Notes: generated by a model from the sequence alone, not told the origin. A DNA stretch of 64,000 nt from an uncultured bacterium (GCA_963843795.1 CAWJLW010000006.1:3484375-3548374), one strand, 5' to 3'; numbered from the stretch's first letter, positions 9,714 through 20,124 are shown. Made by a program: numbers and translations.

Positions 9714-10814
9714 ATGAAAATCACTTGTGAGCGTTCGTATTTGGCAGAAGCGTTGGGTGTGGCAAGCCGTGCGGTGTCGAGCCGTAACACATTGCCGATT
9801 CTGTCCAACGTTTTGCTGCAAGCGCAGAACGACCGCTTGCAACTCACCGCGACCGATTTGGACACTTCGATTCGCAGTGTAATTCCCGCCCAAATCTCGG
9901 TCGATGGCGAAGTCGCGGTGCCCGCAGCGTTGCTTTTGAGCGTGGTTTCCAAGCTCAAAGACGCGCCGGTCACGCTCGAAGCTCAGGATGGCAAAGTCAG
10001 CGTGCGCAGTGGCAAAAGCGATTACACCGTTTTATCGCTTCCCGCCGAAGATTTTCCAGTTGTGCCACAAGTCGAAAGCGGAACCGAGTTTTCCGTGCCG
10101 CAAGCGACGCTCAAAGATATGTTGCGTTTGACAACTTTCGCTGCGGCTCGCGAAGAAACGCGCGGCCCGCTGATGGGCGTTTTGTTCGAGGCACGCGGCA
10201 ATACCTTGACGATGGTTGCGACCGACACGCATCGCTTGGCGTGGAAGCAAGCCGAAATGGCCGACACCGCAGAAACTCCGATCAGTGTGATTGTGCCGGC
10301 CAGCCCACTTCGTGATTTGGAACGCGTGCTGAGCAACTCGCAAGACGACAGCGTTCACATTCGCTTTGGCCGCTCTCAGGTGCAGTTCGAAGCGTCAGGC
10401 GTGACTTTGATTTCACGCGTTTTGGACGGTCAATTTCCGCCTTACGAAAAAGTTATCCCCAAAAATCCCGAGCGCAAAATCACCTTCGACCGCGCGACGA
10501 TGCTGAGCGCAATTCAGCGCGTCGAACTCGTCGCCAAAACCAACAACGAGCGTGGCGTGTGGCAAACCAAAGGCGATATGCTAGAACTGACCGCTGAAAG
10601 TCAGGAAGTCGGCAAAGCCTACGAAGAAGTTCCGATTGCGCTCGAAGGCAGCGACATCACTATCGCTTTCAACGCCGGTTATCTGGCGCAAGTGCTGAGC
10701 ATCGTGCAAGCCGAACAGATGACACTCGACTTGACTGGCCCCTTGAATCCCGGCATTTTGCGTGGCGAAAACGAAACCGATTTTCTCTATGTCGTGATGC
10801 CGATGAATATCTAA
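9714..10814 (+). CDS. dnaN: DNA polymerase III beta clamp
   Basis: LPILSNVLL, ATDLD, ATDTHRL, GQFPPY, YVVMPM; ATG at 9714. Confidence 0.97.
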   Translation: MKITCERSYLAEALGVASRAVSSRNTLPILSNVLLQAQNDRLQLTATDLDTSIRSVIPAQISVDGEVAVPAALLLSVVSKLKDAPVTLEAQDGKVSVRSGKSDYTVLSLPAEDFPVVPQVESGTEFSVPQATLKDMLRLTTFAAAREETRGPLMGVLFEARGNTLTMVATDTHRLAWKQAEMADTAETPISVIVPASPLRDLERVLSNSQDDSVHIRFGRSQVQFEASGVTLISRVLDGQFPPYEKVIPKNPERKITFDRATMLSAIQRVELVAKTNNERGVWQTKGDMLELTAESQEVGKAYEEVPIALEGSDITIAFNAGYLAQVLSIVQAEQMTLDLTGPLNPGILRGENETDFLYVVMPMNI

Positions 10815-10836
10815 ACAACGCTTTGAGATTCTCCCA

Positions 10837-10864
10837 AACGGCCCGCAAGTACTTGCGGGCCGTT
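10837..10864. repeat. Perfect 28-bp palindrome centred on GCAAGTACTTGC
   Basis: AACGGCCCGCAAGTACTTGCGGGCCGTT between dnaN and recF. Confidence 0.95.
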
Positions 10865-10890
10865 CCTGCGTTTAAAGCGCTCATTTTCTC

Positions 10891-12090
10891 ATGTTCGTTC
10901 GTGCCCTGCGCCTCACTAATTTTCGTAACTACGCGCTGCAAGATTTGCAGTTACCAACTGGGCTGATCGCTTTTATCGGCGATAACGGACAGGGCAAAAC
11001 CAACTTGCTCGAAGCGATTTGCGTCCTCGCGACCACAAAATCTCCGCTTGTCGAACGCGACCGCGAACTGTTGCGTTGGGACAGCCAAAATGCGCGATTG
11101 GAAGCCGAAGTGCAGCTTTCGGGCGGACGTGGCGAGAAGCGGCGTCTGGCTTTCGAATGGAAGCTGCAAAATAGCAATTTGTCGCGCGATTTGCGCGTCG
11201 GTGGCGTGCCACAATCGGCTCTTTCAAGTTGGCTTGGACAATTGCAAGTCGTCGCGTTTTTTCCTCACGATTTAACTTTAATTGCTGGCGAACCCGAACA
11301 ACGGCGGCGCTTTTTGAACTTGGAACTGGGCAAAGCGCGCCCAGCGCATTTCGCCGATAGCGCACGTTATCGACGCGCGTTGCAGCAGCGCAATGCCTTG
11401 TTGAAATGGTTTCTCGATCCGAAAAATCGTCGTGCTCGCAAAGCTCAACCCAATGGGGAAAACGCGCCCGTCGCGCCTAATGCCGGTCTGGGAACTCTGG
11501 GCGATTGGAACAAACAAGTTGCAACTTATGGCGCGCGTTTGTGGGCGGCGCGCGCGCAATGGGTGCGCGAAATCGAGCCTTTGCTGCGCGAAGTTCATGG
11601 TGAACTTTCGGGAATTACGATGCCTTTGGGCATCGAATATCAACCCGGTTTGCCGCCTGAAATAGTCAATTTAGGTGATGAAAATTTCGGCTGGCAGCGC
11701 GCTTTCGAACGCGCGTTAGAAAACCAATACGAAAGCGATATGCGGCGCGGCACGACCGGCAGCGGGCCGCACCGCGATGACTTGGTTTTTCGTTTGGGCG
11801 ATATGGATTTGCGCCGTTTCGGTTCACAGGGTCAAAATCGTCTGGCGGTTTTAGCGCTTAAAATCGCGCTCGCTTTTTGGGTGCGCGAAACGACCGGCGA
11901 AGCGCCGATTCTGCTGCTTGATGATGCCCTGAGCGAACTCGACGCCACGCGACGCCAGCGCGTTTTGCAACTGGCTTCGAGCTTTGAACAAAGTATTCTC
12001 ACCGCGACCGACGAAACTTTTTTGCACGATGTGCCCGCTCGCGTGCTTTCGATTCGCAACGGCCAGATTATTGGCGCGCTGGCCTCCTAA
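10891..12090 (+). CDS. recF: DNA replication/repair protein RecF
   Basis: NFRNY, GDNGQGKTN, GPHRDDL, SQGQ, LLLDDALSELD. Confidence 0.97.
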   Translation: MFVRALRLTNFRNYALQDLQLPTGLIAFIGDNGQGKTNLLEAICVLATTKSPLVERDRELLRWDSQNARLEAEVQLSGGRGEKRRLAFEWKLQNSNLSRDLRVGGVPQSALSSWLGQLQVVAFFPHDLTLIAGEPEQRRRFLNLELGKARPAHFADSARYRRALQQRNALLKWFLDPKNRRARKAQPNGENAPVAPNAGLGTLGDWNKQVATYGARLWAARAQWVREIEPLLREVHGELSGITMPLGIEYQPGLPPEIVNLGDENFGWQRAFERALENQYESDMRRGTTGSGPHRDDLVFRLGDMDLRRFGSQGQNRLAVLALKIALAFWVRETTGEAPILLLDDALSELDATRRQRVLQLASSFEQSILTATDETFLHDVPARVLSIRNGQIIGALAS

Positions 12091-12128
12091 ATCAAAAATC
12101 TTCGAAAGTTTTCCTAAATTTGGAAAAG

Positions 12129-12160
12129 TTATCCATAAAGTTATCCATGCCTGTGGATAA
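12129..12160. promoter_or_regulatory. Cluster of three DnaA boxes upstream of dciA
   Basis: TTATCCATA 12129-12137, TTATCCATG 12141-12149, perfect TGTGGATAA 12152-12160. Confidence 0.75.
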
Positions 12161-12300
12161 GTCGGGCGAAAATCGTCTTACAAGTACTTGCAGGACGGTT
12201 TTTGGACAAAAAACTGCGAAAATGTAGCTTTATTTGCTATTGGTCGGGGTAGAATGAAAGTGTGATTTGCGCTTTACACAGCGACTTTGAGACAACGCTT

Positions 12301-12825
12301 ATGGAAACGATGAGAGAAATGGAGAACGTCAGCAGCATCGTCACCAGCGTGCTGGAGTCGCGTGGTTGGCGCGGCAAAGTTCTCGAGCAAATGGCGGTCG
12401 AACTGTGGCCCGAAGTCGTTGGCGATGTCATCGCGCGCCACACCCTCGCCGAGCGTTTCAAAAACGGCACGTTGTATGTGCGCGCCCGCTCGCCGCTGTG
12501 GACACAGGAATTACATTTTCATCACGACCGCGTAATCGCGCGCTTAAACGGGCGTTTGAAAGCCAACTTGGTCGCGAAAATTCGTTGTAGCGTGACGCCG
12601 CCACGTGGCATCAAAACCGGTGCCCTCAAGCCGACGTGGGAAGACCCGACTTTTCCCGTCCAAGCACCGCAAGCGCGCGACGCCAAGCCCGATCCTGACG
12701 ATGCTTCGCATCAACACGCGAAAACTTTGTGCTCACATATCGAAGACGATGATGTGCGCGCCATTATGGAGCGCGCCATCGCGGCTTCGTTGCGCGCGGG
12801 CAAACGCAAAAATTTAGATGAATAA
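12301..12825 (+). CDS. dciA: DciA (DUF721) helicase-loader family protein; start 12301-12319
   Basis: WPEVVGDVIARHT...GTLYV...SPLWTQEL signature; located after recF. Confidence 0.85.
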   Translation: METMREMENVSSIVTSVLESRGWRGKVLEQMAVELWPEVVGDVIARHTLAERFKNGTLYVRARSPLWTQELHFHHDRVIARLNGRLKANLVAKIRCSVTPPRGIKTGALKPTWEDPTFPVQAPQARDAKPDPDDASHQHAKTLCSHIEDDDVRAIMERAIAASLRAGKRKNLDE

Positions 12826-12839
12826 GAGTTGGCCAGCCC

Positions 12840-12873
12840 AAAAACGTCCTGCAAGTACTTGCAGGACGTTTTT
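12840..12873. terminator. Perfect 34-bp palindrome with A/T tails
   Basis: AAAAACGTCCTGCAAGTACTTGCAGGACGTTTTT. Confidence 0.8.
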
Positions 12874-12954
12874 CGGCTTGTGTAGTAAAATTGTCTTTCC
12901 GCGTCTGTAACTTAGATTTACGCCATTAACGATTTGCAGCGCTGCGGAGAATTT

Positions 12955-14247
12955 ATGAACGATCTCAAAACCTTGCGCGCCCAGCCCGAACTGTTGCGCG
13001 CCGCTTTGCAAAATCGCCAGATGCCGGATGCGCTGCATTATGTCGATGAGTTGATCGCTTTGGACGAACAGCGGCGCGCCAATCTCGTCGAAGTCGAAAC
13101 TCTCAAGCGCCAACGCAACGAAAGTTCGCAGGAAGTCGCGCGCCGCAAACGCAATGCGGAAAACACCGATGACTTAATCGCGCAAACCCGCGAAATTGGC
13201 GAGCAAATTTCGCAGCTGGACGAACGCGCGCGCGAAATTGACGCACAGTTGCAACAAATCGCCTACGAATTGCCTAACATTCCCGATGCCAGTACGCCGG
13301 TTGGAGCTGATGAAAACGGTAATCGCGAAGTCGCGAAATGGGGCGAAATTCCTTCCATTGAAAAAGCGCAAACACATTGGGAAATCGCGGAAAAATTGGG
13401 CATCATCGAATTCGAGCGCGCCACCAAAATCTCTGGTTCGCGTTTTTACGCCTTGCGCGGAATCGGCGCGCGTTTAGAGCGGGCCTTGATTTCGTTCATG
13501 TTGGATTGTCACACCGTCCAAAGTGATTACGAGGAAATTTTCCCGCCGTTTTTAGTCAATTCGGCTTCGATGACCGCGACCGGGCAGTTGCCTAAATTCG
13601 GCGAAGACGCTTACAAAATCGAAAACGATGATTTGTGGCTGATTCCGACCGCCGAAGTTCCCGTCACCAATTTGCATCGCGACGAAATTCTGGAAAGTGC
13701 GCAACTGCCGATTAAATACGCCGCTTACTCGGCGTGTTTTCGTCGCGAAGCCGGTTCGGCCGGACGCGACACGCGGGGCATTATTCGCGTGCATCAATTC
13801 AACAAAGTCGAGCTGGTGAAGTTCAGCGCTCCCAACGATTCGATGGACGAGTTAGAAAAGTTGCGTCGCGATGCCGAAATGATTCTGGAGCGTTTGGAAT
13901 TGCCGTATCGCACCGTGCAATTGTGCAGCGGCGACCTGGGTTTTTCGGCTTGCAAAACTTTCGATATCGAAGTGTGGATGCCAGGACAAAGCGTTTATCG
14001 CGAAATTTCTTCGTGCTCAAATTTTGGCGATTTCCAAGCGCGGCGCGCGAATATCCGCTATCGTCCTTTAGATGAAAAAGGCAAAGCTGGCAAGCCGGAA
14101 TGGGTACACACTTTGAATGGTTCTGGTTTGGCAGTCGGGCGCACGATGGCGGCGCTTTTGGAAAACAATCAGCAAGCCGATGGCAGCGTCCGGGTGCCGA
14201 GCGCATTGCGTCCTTATTTGGGCGGTTTGGAATTTATTGGCGCTTAA
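12955..14247 (+). CDS. serS: Serine-tRNA ligase
   Basis: N-terminal coiled coil, [30 protein letters not shown]. Confidence 0.97.
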   Translation: MNDLKTLRAQPELLRAALQNRQMPDALHYVDELIALDEQRRANLVEVETLKRQRNESSQEVARRKRNAENTDDLIAQTREIGEQISQLDERAREIDAQLQQIAYELPNIPDASTPVGADENGNREVAKWGEIPSIEKAQTHWEIAEKLGIIEFERATKISGSRFYALRGIGARLERALISFMLDCHTVQSDYEEIFPPFLVNSASMTATGQLPKFGEDAYKIENDDLWLIPTAEVPVTNLHRDEILESAQLPIKYAAYSACFRREAGSAGRDTRGIIRVHQFNKVELVKFSAPNDSMDELEKLRRDAEMILERLELPYRTVQLCSGDLGFSACKTFDIEVWMPGQSVYREISSCSNFGDFQARRANIRYRPLDEKGKAGKPEWVHTLNGSGLAVGRTMAALLENNQQADGSVRVPSALRPYLGGLEFIGA

Positions 14248-14331
14248 ATACTCTGATGCGTCGGGTTAGGGAACCTCCATTGACGCTGCAAGTACTTGCA
14301 GAGATGAAATTGTTGAAAATTGAGAGTTCTT

Positions 14332-15699
14332 ATGCCTTTTGAACGCGCCGGACAACTTGCCCGCATGACGCCATCCGCTCGTTTGGACGACGGATTGGGT
14401 TTGGTCGCGGAAAATTTGCGCGAATCGCAGTGCGGTACTTTGCCCGTTCTCGATTCGATTCATCTCGATGACGATGCTGCGCTGCCGCCCGAAGGGTATT
14501 CGCCCGATGGCGATCCCACTCGTGGACCGCGCGTGCTGGGTTTAATTGACGAAGGCGATTTATCGCGTGCCGTTTTGCCCTTGTTGGAAACTCACGAAAA
14601 CGCGCGCCGCGAACACGTCATGTCGGGCGCTTTTGCCGCTAATTTAACCGCTGACAGTGCGCCGATCCCGCCCATCGATTTCAACGGCGCAGCGAATGGA
14701 ATCGGCGAGGCCGCCACAATCAATTGGGAAACCACGCCGCGCGATATCGCCGAGCTAAAAGCGCGCGATATAATGCGCAACGATGTCGGCGTGATTCCCG
14801 CGCAATTTTCTTTGCACAACGCGCTTTTGACGCTCGACCGTTATCGTGTGGCCGCGTTGCCGGTTGTCGATGCGACCGGACGTTATCGCGGCATGATTTC
14901 GCGTGCCGACATCGTTGCTGCTTTGGGTCGCAACGTCCGTCCGCCCAGCGTTGGTGGCATGGCGACGCCGTTGGGTGTGTGGCTCACGACGGGAAGTTTG
15001 AGCGCCGGAGCGCCCGCGCTGGGCTTGTTTTTATCGGGCATGATTCTGGGCGGCTGCTTTGTGGCATCTGATGCCATTATGCAATTCTTTTTGTCGGCTC
15101 TCAATGCCGATTGGGGACGCGCTTTCGCCTCGGGCCGCATTGGGGCAACAGCTGAAGGCGGCGACGTTTTTAATCTGGTCGTGACCGGCGTTCAAGGTTT
15201 ACTTTTCCTGCTTATCATGCGTTTGTTGCCGCTTTCGGGCGTGCACGCTGCCGAACATCAAACGGTGTGGGCCATTGAAAAAGGTTTGGCCCTGACACCC
15301 GAAAACGTGGCGAAAATGCCACGTGCTCATCCGCGTTGCGGAACAAACTTGATGGCACTGGCCAGCTTGATTTTGATCGTTTTCGGGCATTTGCCAACTT
15401 TTGAACCAACTGCCGTGATGTTCTCGCTGATTTTCATTTTCTTTGCGTGGCGTTCGTTGGGCACGGCGCTGCAAAATTATCTCACCACCAAACCGGCCAC
15501 TCCGCGCCAAATCGAAGGCGGCATCAAAGCGGGCGTGCAACTGTTGGAAAAATATCAGGCGCAGCCGCATATCCCACAAAATTTCGGGCTGCGTTTGCTC
15601 AATTCGGGCATGCTGCTTTCGGGCGGTGGCTTTATGTTGGTGAGCTTTTTATACAATTTTCTCAGCTCGATGTGGGCCAACCAATTGCTGGGTAGTTGA
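14332..15699 (+). CDS. CBS-domain plus DUF1385-like membrane protein
   Basis: CBS repeats (LPVVD..GRYRGMISRADI); HAAEH and HPRCGT motifs with TM helices. Confidence 0.75.
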   Translation: MPFERAGQLARMTPSARLDDGLGLVAENLRESQCGTLPVLDSIHLDDDAALPPEGYSPDGDPTRGPRVLGLIDEGDLSRAVLPLLETHENARREHVMSGAFAANLTADSAPIPPIDFNGAANGIGEAATINWETTPRDIAELKARDIMRNDVGVIPAQFSLHNALLTLDRYRVAALPVVDATGRYRGMISRADIVAALGRNVRPPSVGGMATPLGVWLTTGSLSAGAPALGLFLSGMILGGCFVASDAIMQFFLSALNADWGRAFASGRIGATAEGGDVFNLVVTGVQGLLFLLIMRLLPLSGVHAAEHQTVWAIEKGLALTPENVAKMPRAHPRCGTNLMALASLILIVFGHLPTFEPTAVMFSLIFIFFAWRSLGTALQNYLTTKPATPRQIEGGIKAGVQLLEKYQAQPHIPQNFGLRLLNSGMLLSGGGFMLVSFLYNFLSSMWANQLLGS

Positions 15700-15701
15700 A
15701 A

Positions 15702-17450
15702 ATGACTACAAGCGACCTGGCAAGTACTTGCATCACACGCCGCCACGTTTGCACGGCTTTGAAAAGCGCTGCAAGTAACTGCGCAAGTACCTGCAGCGTC
15801 GAATGTAACGATGCTTTCTGTAACGATGATTTCACGGTGCAGCGCGCGACGGCTTCGCGCGGTGAATGGACGAGCAATTTGGCGCTGAAGTTGGCGGCGC
15901 ATCTGAAAAAATCGCCCTCAGAAGTTGCGCGCGAATTGATGGAAGCGTTAAACCAAGCACATTACGTAGCATTAAATTACGACAATTCGCACGCCCAAGT
16001 ATTTTCACAGCATTGGCGTGTCGAGGAAGCGAGGGGTTTTTTGAATTTCCGTTTGGACGAAAAATATCTCAACGCGCAATTGAACGCGGCTCAGCAGCAA
16101 GGTGAGCGCTATGGGCGCACGCAAGTTCTGGCCGGTGACCGCATCAATGTCGAATGGGTTTCCGCCGATCCGACCGGGCCTTTGCCCGCGCACGCTGCGC
16201 GCATCGCGCTGGCTGGCGAAAGTTTGTGCCGCATTCTGGAAAGCGCGGGCGCGACCGTCACGCGCGAATATTTCCTCAACGATGACGAAACTTCGTCTAA
16301 ATTGCGCTTGATTGGTCACAGCGCTTATGTTTGGTATCGTTCGGCTTTCGATAGCGGTGCGGCGCGTGAAGCCGAAACCAGCGGCGAAATTTTGGGCGAC
16401 GAGTGGGTGCGAAGTGTCGCGCGCGAGGCCGTTCGTCAAGACGGCAATAAGTGGCTGCTTGCACCGCAAAGTGAAGCGCAGGCTCACTTCGCGCATCTGG
16501 CACGCGAAGCCGCTGTGCAGGCGCAGCACGAAGCCTTGGAAAAGCTTGGCGTGCGTTTCGATGTATGGAGCAGCGAAAGCGATTTATTGGCGCAGGGCCG
16601 CATTCAAGCCGTTTTGGACAAATTGCGCGCGCGCGGCCACGCCTACGATCGCGATGGCACTTTGTGGCTGGCTTCGACTTCGATGGGCGATGAAGCCGAC
16701 CGGCCTCTCACGCGGCGCGGCCGCCCGACCTATCTGGCGACTGATATCGCGTATCACGAGTTCAAATTCCAACGTGGTTTTGGTCGGCTGATCAACATTT
16801 GGAACAGTCAGCACTCCGCTTACGTGACGCGCACGCGCGCGGCTTTACGCGCGATGGGCCGCGATGCCGATGCGCTGGATGTTCTGGTTTGCGAAGGCGT
16901 GCGCGCCCGTCGCGATGGCATCGCAATTTCGGCTCAGGGCGCTAAAGTCACGCTCGATCAACTGCTTCAGGAATTTTCTCTCCCCGCGCTGCAATACTTT
17001 CTCATCGCGCCCAATTGGAGCGACATCGCCGTTATCGACAGCGAAACCGCCGGTCGCGACGACGAAACCAATCCGGCTTACGCGCTGCAACTTTTGCCTT
17101 CACGTTTAACGACTTCCATCGGCGAATTAGAGGTGAAAACCGATCCGGCTCTGCTGCGCGAAGATTACGCCGGATGGACGGCCAGCGAAAGCGAATTGCG
17201 CCGTTTGGTGGCGTTATGGCCCGACGAAATGGAAAGCGCAGCGCAAAATTTAGAACCGCAGCGTATCGCGCGGTTCGCATTGGAATTGGCTCAGGCAGCG
17301 CGCGAAGATTTGTCGCAAACGCGCGCATCGGAAACGAACAAGCGCGACGATGAAACTCTTAGCGCGCGCTTGCAACTGCTGCGTGCGGCGCTTGTAGTCG
17401 CCAATCAGGCGCTGAAATTGTTGGGCATCGCAGCGCGCAGCGAATTTTAA
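15702..17450 (+). CDS. Arginine-tRNA ligase-like protein with degenerate catalytic motifs
   Basis: ArgRS architecture (GFLNF, INVEWVSADPTGPL, REYFLND, TYLATDIAYH, DALR-like C-terminus) but HIGH and KMSK motifs altered. Confidence 0.85.
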   Translation: MTTSDLASTCITRRHVCTALKSAASNCASTCSVECNDAFCNDDFTVQRATASRGEWTSNLALKLAAHLKKSPSEVARELMEALNQAHYVALNYDNSHAQVFSQHWRVEEARGFLNFRLDEKYLNAQLNAAQQQGERYGRTQVLAGDRINVEWVSADPTGPLPAHAARIALAGESLCRILESAGATVTREYFLNDDETSSKLRLIGHSAYVWYRSAFDSGAAREAETSGEILGDEWVRSVAREAVRQDGNKWLLAPQSEAQAHFAHLAREAAVQAQHEALEKLGVRFDVWSSESDLLAQGRIQAVLDKLRARGHAYDRDGTLWLASTSMGDEADRPLTRRGRPTYLATDIAYHEFKFQRGFGRLINIWNSQHSAYVTRTRAALRAMGRDADALDVLVCEGVRARRDGIAISAQGAKVTLDQLLQEFSLPALQYFLIAPNWSDIAVIDSETAGRDDETNPAYALQLLPSRLTTSIGELEVKTDPALLREDYAGWTASESELRRLVALWPDEMESAAQNLEPQRIARFALELAQAAREDLSQTRASETNKRDDETLSARLQLLRAALVVANQALKLLGIAARSEF

Positions 17451-17453
17451 CGA

Positions 17454-17487
17454 TTTCGCGCGTGGCAAGTACTTGCCACGCGCGAAA
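17454..17487. repeat. Perfect 34-bp palindrome centred on GCAAGTACTTGC
   Basis: TTTCGCGCGTGGCAAGTACTTGCCACGCGCGAAA fills the argS-like/rpe gap. Confidence 0.95.
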
Positions 17488-17495
17488 CTACATTT

Positions 17496-18173
17496 ATGGA
17501 TAAAGAAATCATTCTTGCGCCTTCAATGATCGCTGCCGATTGGTCGCGCTCTTTAGAAGTAGTCCGCGAGCTGGAAAACGCCGGTTGTCAGTGGCTGCAT
17601 TTCGATGTCATGGACGGCCATTTCGTGCCCAACATGACGCTTGGCCCCATGTTTTTGGCCGCTTTGCGAGCGCATACGAATTTGCATTTCGATGCGCATT
17701 TAATGATTGAAAATCCCGGCGCGCGCATTGATGAGTTTCTTGAAGCGGGCGCCAATTCGATTTCGATTCACATCGAAGGTAATCCGCATTTTCACCGCCT
17801 GATCGCGCAAATTCAAGACGGCGGCGCACTTGCGGGTGCGGTTTTGAATCCGGGCACGCCTGTTGAAGCGCTCGATGTGATGCTGCCCATCGTCGATTAC
17901 GTTCTGGTGATGAGTGTCAATCCGGGCTTTTCGGGGCAGAAATTTTTGCCTTTAGCGCTGCCCAAAGTGCAACGTTTGGCTGAAATTCGGCGCGCGCGCG
18001 ATTTAAATTTCAAGATTCAAATCGATGGCGGAATGTCTTTGAAAACAGCGCCACCAGCCGCCAAAGCCGGTGCAGAAATTTTCGTCAGCGCCAGTGGATT
18101 GTTCATTGAAGGTCAAACGCTGCAAGAAAGCGCCCAAGCGTTGCGTCAATCCATTGAAGATGTGTTGAAGTGA
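17496..18173 (+). CDS. rpe: Ribulose-phosphate 3-epimerase
   Basis: HFDVMDGHFVPN, DAHLM, MSVNPGFSGQ, IDGG. Confidence 0.96.
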   Translation: MDKEIILAPSMIAADWSRSLEVVRELENAGCQWLHFDVMDGHFVPNMTLGPMFLAALRAHTNLHFDAHLMIENPGARIDEFLEAGANSISIHIEGNPHFHRLIAQIQDGGALAGAVLNPGTPVEALDVMLPIVDYVLVMSVNPGFSGQKFLPLALPKVQRLAEIRRARDLNFKIQIDGGMSLKTAPPAAKAGAEIFVSASGLFIEGQTLQESAQALRQSIEDVLK

Positions 18174-18258
18174 ATTTCAAAATTCCGCTGCGGAATGTAA
18201 TGCAAGTACTTGCGGTTGAGATTTGCGAAGTTTTGGGGCTTAGCGACGTTTTTAGCGT

Positions 18259-18906
18259 GTGAAAAAAATCGTGTGTCCGCATTGCGGCACGGTCAATCTG
18301 GAAAAGTTCGTCACTTATCCACATTGTGCCGGCTGTAATGCGTTGTTATCACTTTCAAGCCCGCAGCCGACCGTTTTATGGTGGCGGCGGCGGGTGCGCG
18401 CGGGCTGGTGGGTGGCGGGTTTGGGCGGGATCATTTTGTTTTTAGTGGCGCTGGCTTTGAACGAAACCGAAGTGAGGCAGAACGGGCCGTTGATAGTTTT
18501 TCCGCAAGTGCCGCGCACGGTTGCGTTGGACCAAACTCTTGATTGTCGTCTGGCTTTCGAAGGCGTGCGCGATAACGGTACGTCCCCACAACAATTGCAA
18601 AATTTGCGTTTGCGCTTCGCGCGCAATTTTGAAAAACAATGGCAAATTGTCGAAATCGTCCCGACGCCTGATCAGGATACGCGCACTGCCGGTGGGCGCT
18701 TATTGAAATACGAATTGTGGCCGATTGAAAGCGCATGGCGCGTGCAATTGCGCCCGCGCAATGTGGGCAGGCAAAGGTTCGTTATCGCTATCGATGCCAA
18801 AGATTTTCTGGTGCTGCCCTACTCGGCGACGATTAACGTTACTAGAAAACCCATCGTTTCAGCAAAAAATTCTCCCGCTTCAATCCGCACAATTGAGTTA
18901 GAATGA
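18259..18906 (+). CDS. Zinc-ribbon membrane protein, unknown function
   Basis: CPHCGTVN...CAGC, one TM helix, beta-rich C-terminal domain. Confidence 0.7.
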   Translation: MKKIVCPHCGTVNLEKFVTYPHCAGCNALLSLSSPQPTVLWWRRRVRAGWWVAGLGGIILFLVALALNETEVRQNGPLIVFPQVPRTVALDQTLDCRLAFEGVRDNGTSPQQLQNLRLRFARNFEKQWQIVEIVPTPDQDTRTAGGRLLKYELWPIESAWRVQLRPRNVGRQRFVIAIDAKDFLVLPYSATINVTRKPIVSAKNSPASIRTIELE

Positions 18907-18974
18907 AGAACAAGACAAGCGAAACGTCGCACGAGAAACGCCATAAACAAAACGTCAAGTAAGAGGTGTGGAAA

Positions 18975-19223
18975 ATGGGACTTGAAGATAAAATGCTGGC
19001 TTCCAAGGCGCGTCATGCCATTGCGCGCACGCCGTTGGATATTTCCGAATTGATGATCAATTGCAGTCGCGGCATGGTCGAACTCAACGGCAAAGTCAAA
19101 AGGCCGCGCCAAGACGCGGGCACGACCAATGTGCGCAAAGAACTTCGCGTTTTGACCGAAATGGTGCGCAACACGCCCGGCGTCAAAGGCGTCATTACCG
19201 ACCGTGTGCAAATTATCGACTGA
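18975..19223 (+). CDS. Small BON-like domain protein
   Basis: GMVELNGKV...PGVKGV pattern; GAGG upstream. Confidence 0.6.
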   Translation: MGLEDKMLASKARHAIARTPLDISELMINCSRGMVELNGKVKRPRQDAGTTNVRKELRVLTEMVRNTPGVKGVITDRVQIID

Positions 19224-19288
19224 AGCGCACTGCAAGTACTTGGCAATGGTGTGAAAAAAGGTTGTAAAACAAAGGTGATGGGAATCGT

Positions 19289-20050
19289 ATGGCAAAATTG
19301 AGCATCGCTCAGGATGCGCGTGACCAAGTGCGCACGCTTTTGATTGCCACCTTTGTGGCGATTGTGCTATCGTTCGTGCCTTACGCCAACATCGTGCTTT
19401 ATCCTTTCCGCCTTTTCGTCACTTTTATTCACGAAGGTGGTCATGCGTTAGCAGCACTTTTGACCGGAAATTCCGTCACGAGTCTGGTCATCGCGCCCAA
19501 TGGATCGGGCGAAGTGATGGCCACGCAGGCCGGTTTGGGCGATGGTTTGTTGATTTCCAGCGCCGGTTATTTGGGCGCGACGGCTTACGGCGCTCTACTG
19601 TTGTTCTTACTGCGCCACAAAGTTGCCGAGCGAGCGGTGTTGATCTCGACTGCCGCGTTCATTGGGCTGATGACAGTGCGCTTCGGTTACGCCAACATCT
19701 TTACGCTGTTCTGGGGTTTGACGCTGAGCGGCGCGCTCATTTTAGCGGCCAAGCACGCTGGAGCCAAAGCCGCCAATTTCGGATTATCGTTTGTGGCGGT
19801 GCAGTGTGTGCTGAACGCCCTATTCGATTTGCGCACGCTGCTTAACCTCTCCGCGCCGACTGGAATTCCAGTTCACACCGATGCGATGAACATGGCGCAG
19901 GCGACGGGAATTCCGGCTTTGGTGTGGGCCGCGCTGTGGATTGGAATTTCTCTTTTTGTGCTACGTTGGGCTTTGCTCTCTTATGTCGCGCACGCTGCCG
20001 AAACCGTGGATAATTCATCTCTATTAAATCCGATTACGCCTCGCAATTGA
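19289..20050 (+). CDS. M50B-like membrane metallopeptidase
   Basis: FIHEGGHA, SAGYLG, TDA motifs; multiple TM helices. Confidence 0.88.
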   Translation: MAKLSIAQDARDQVRTLLIATFVAIVLSFVPYANIVLYPFRLFVTFIHEGGHALAALLTGNSVTSLVIAPNGSGEVMATQAGLGDGLLISSAGYLGATAYGALLLFLLRHKVAERAVLISTAAFIGLMTVRFGYANIFTLFWGLTLSGALILAAKHAGAKAANFGLSFVAVQCVLNALFDLRTLLNLSAPTGIPVHTDAMNMAQATGIPALVWAALWIGISLFVLRWALLSYVAHAAETVDNSSLLNPITPRN

Positions 20051-20058
20051 GCCTTTAA

Positions 20059-20110
20059 AACAACTAAAAACGCCTGGTGCAAGTACTTGCACCAGGCGTT
20101 TTTAGTTGTT
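20059..20110. terminator. Perfect 52-bp palindrome, probable bidirectional terminator
   Basis: AACAACTAAAAACGCCTGGTGCAAGTACTTGCACCAGGCGTTTTTAGTTGTT between convergent genes. Confidence 0.85.
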
Positions 20111-20124
20111 CTTTCTGATTGCTT

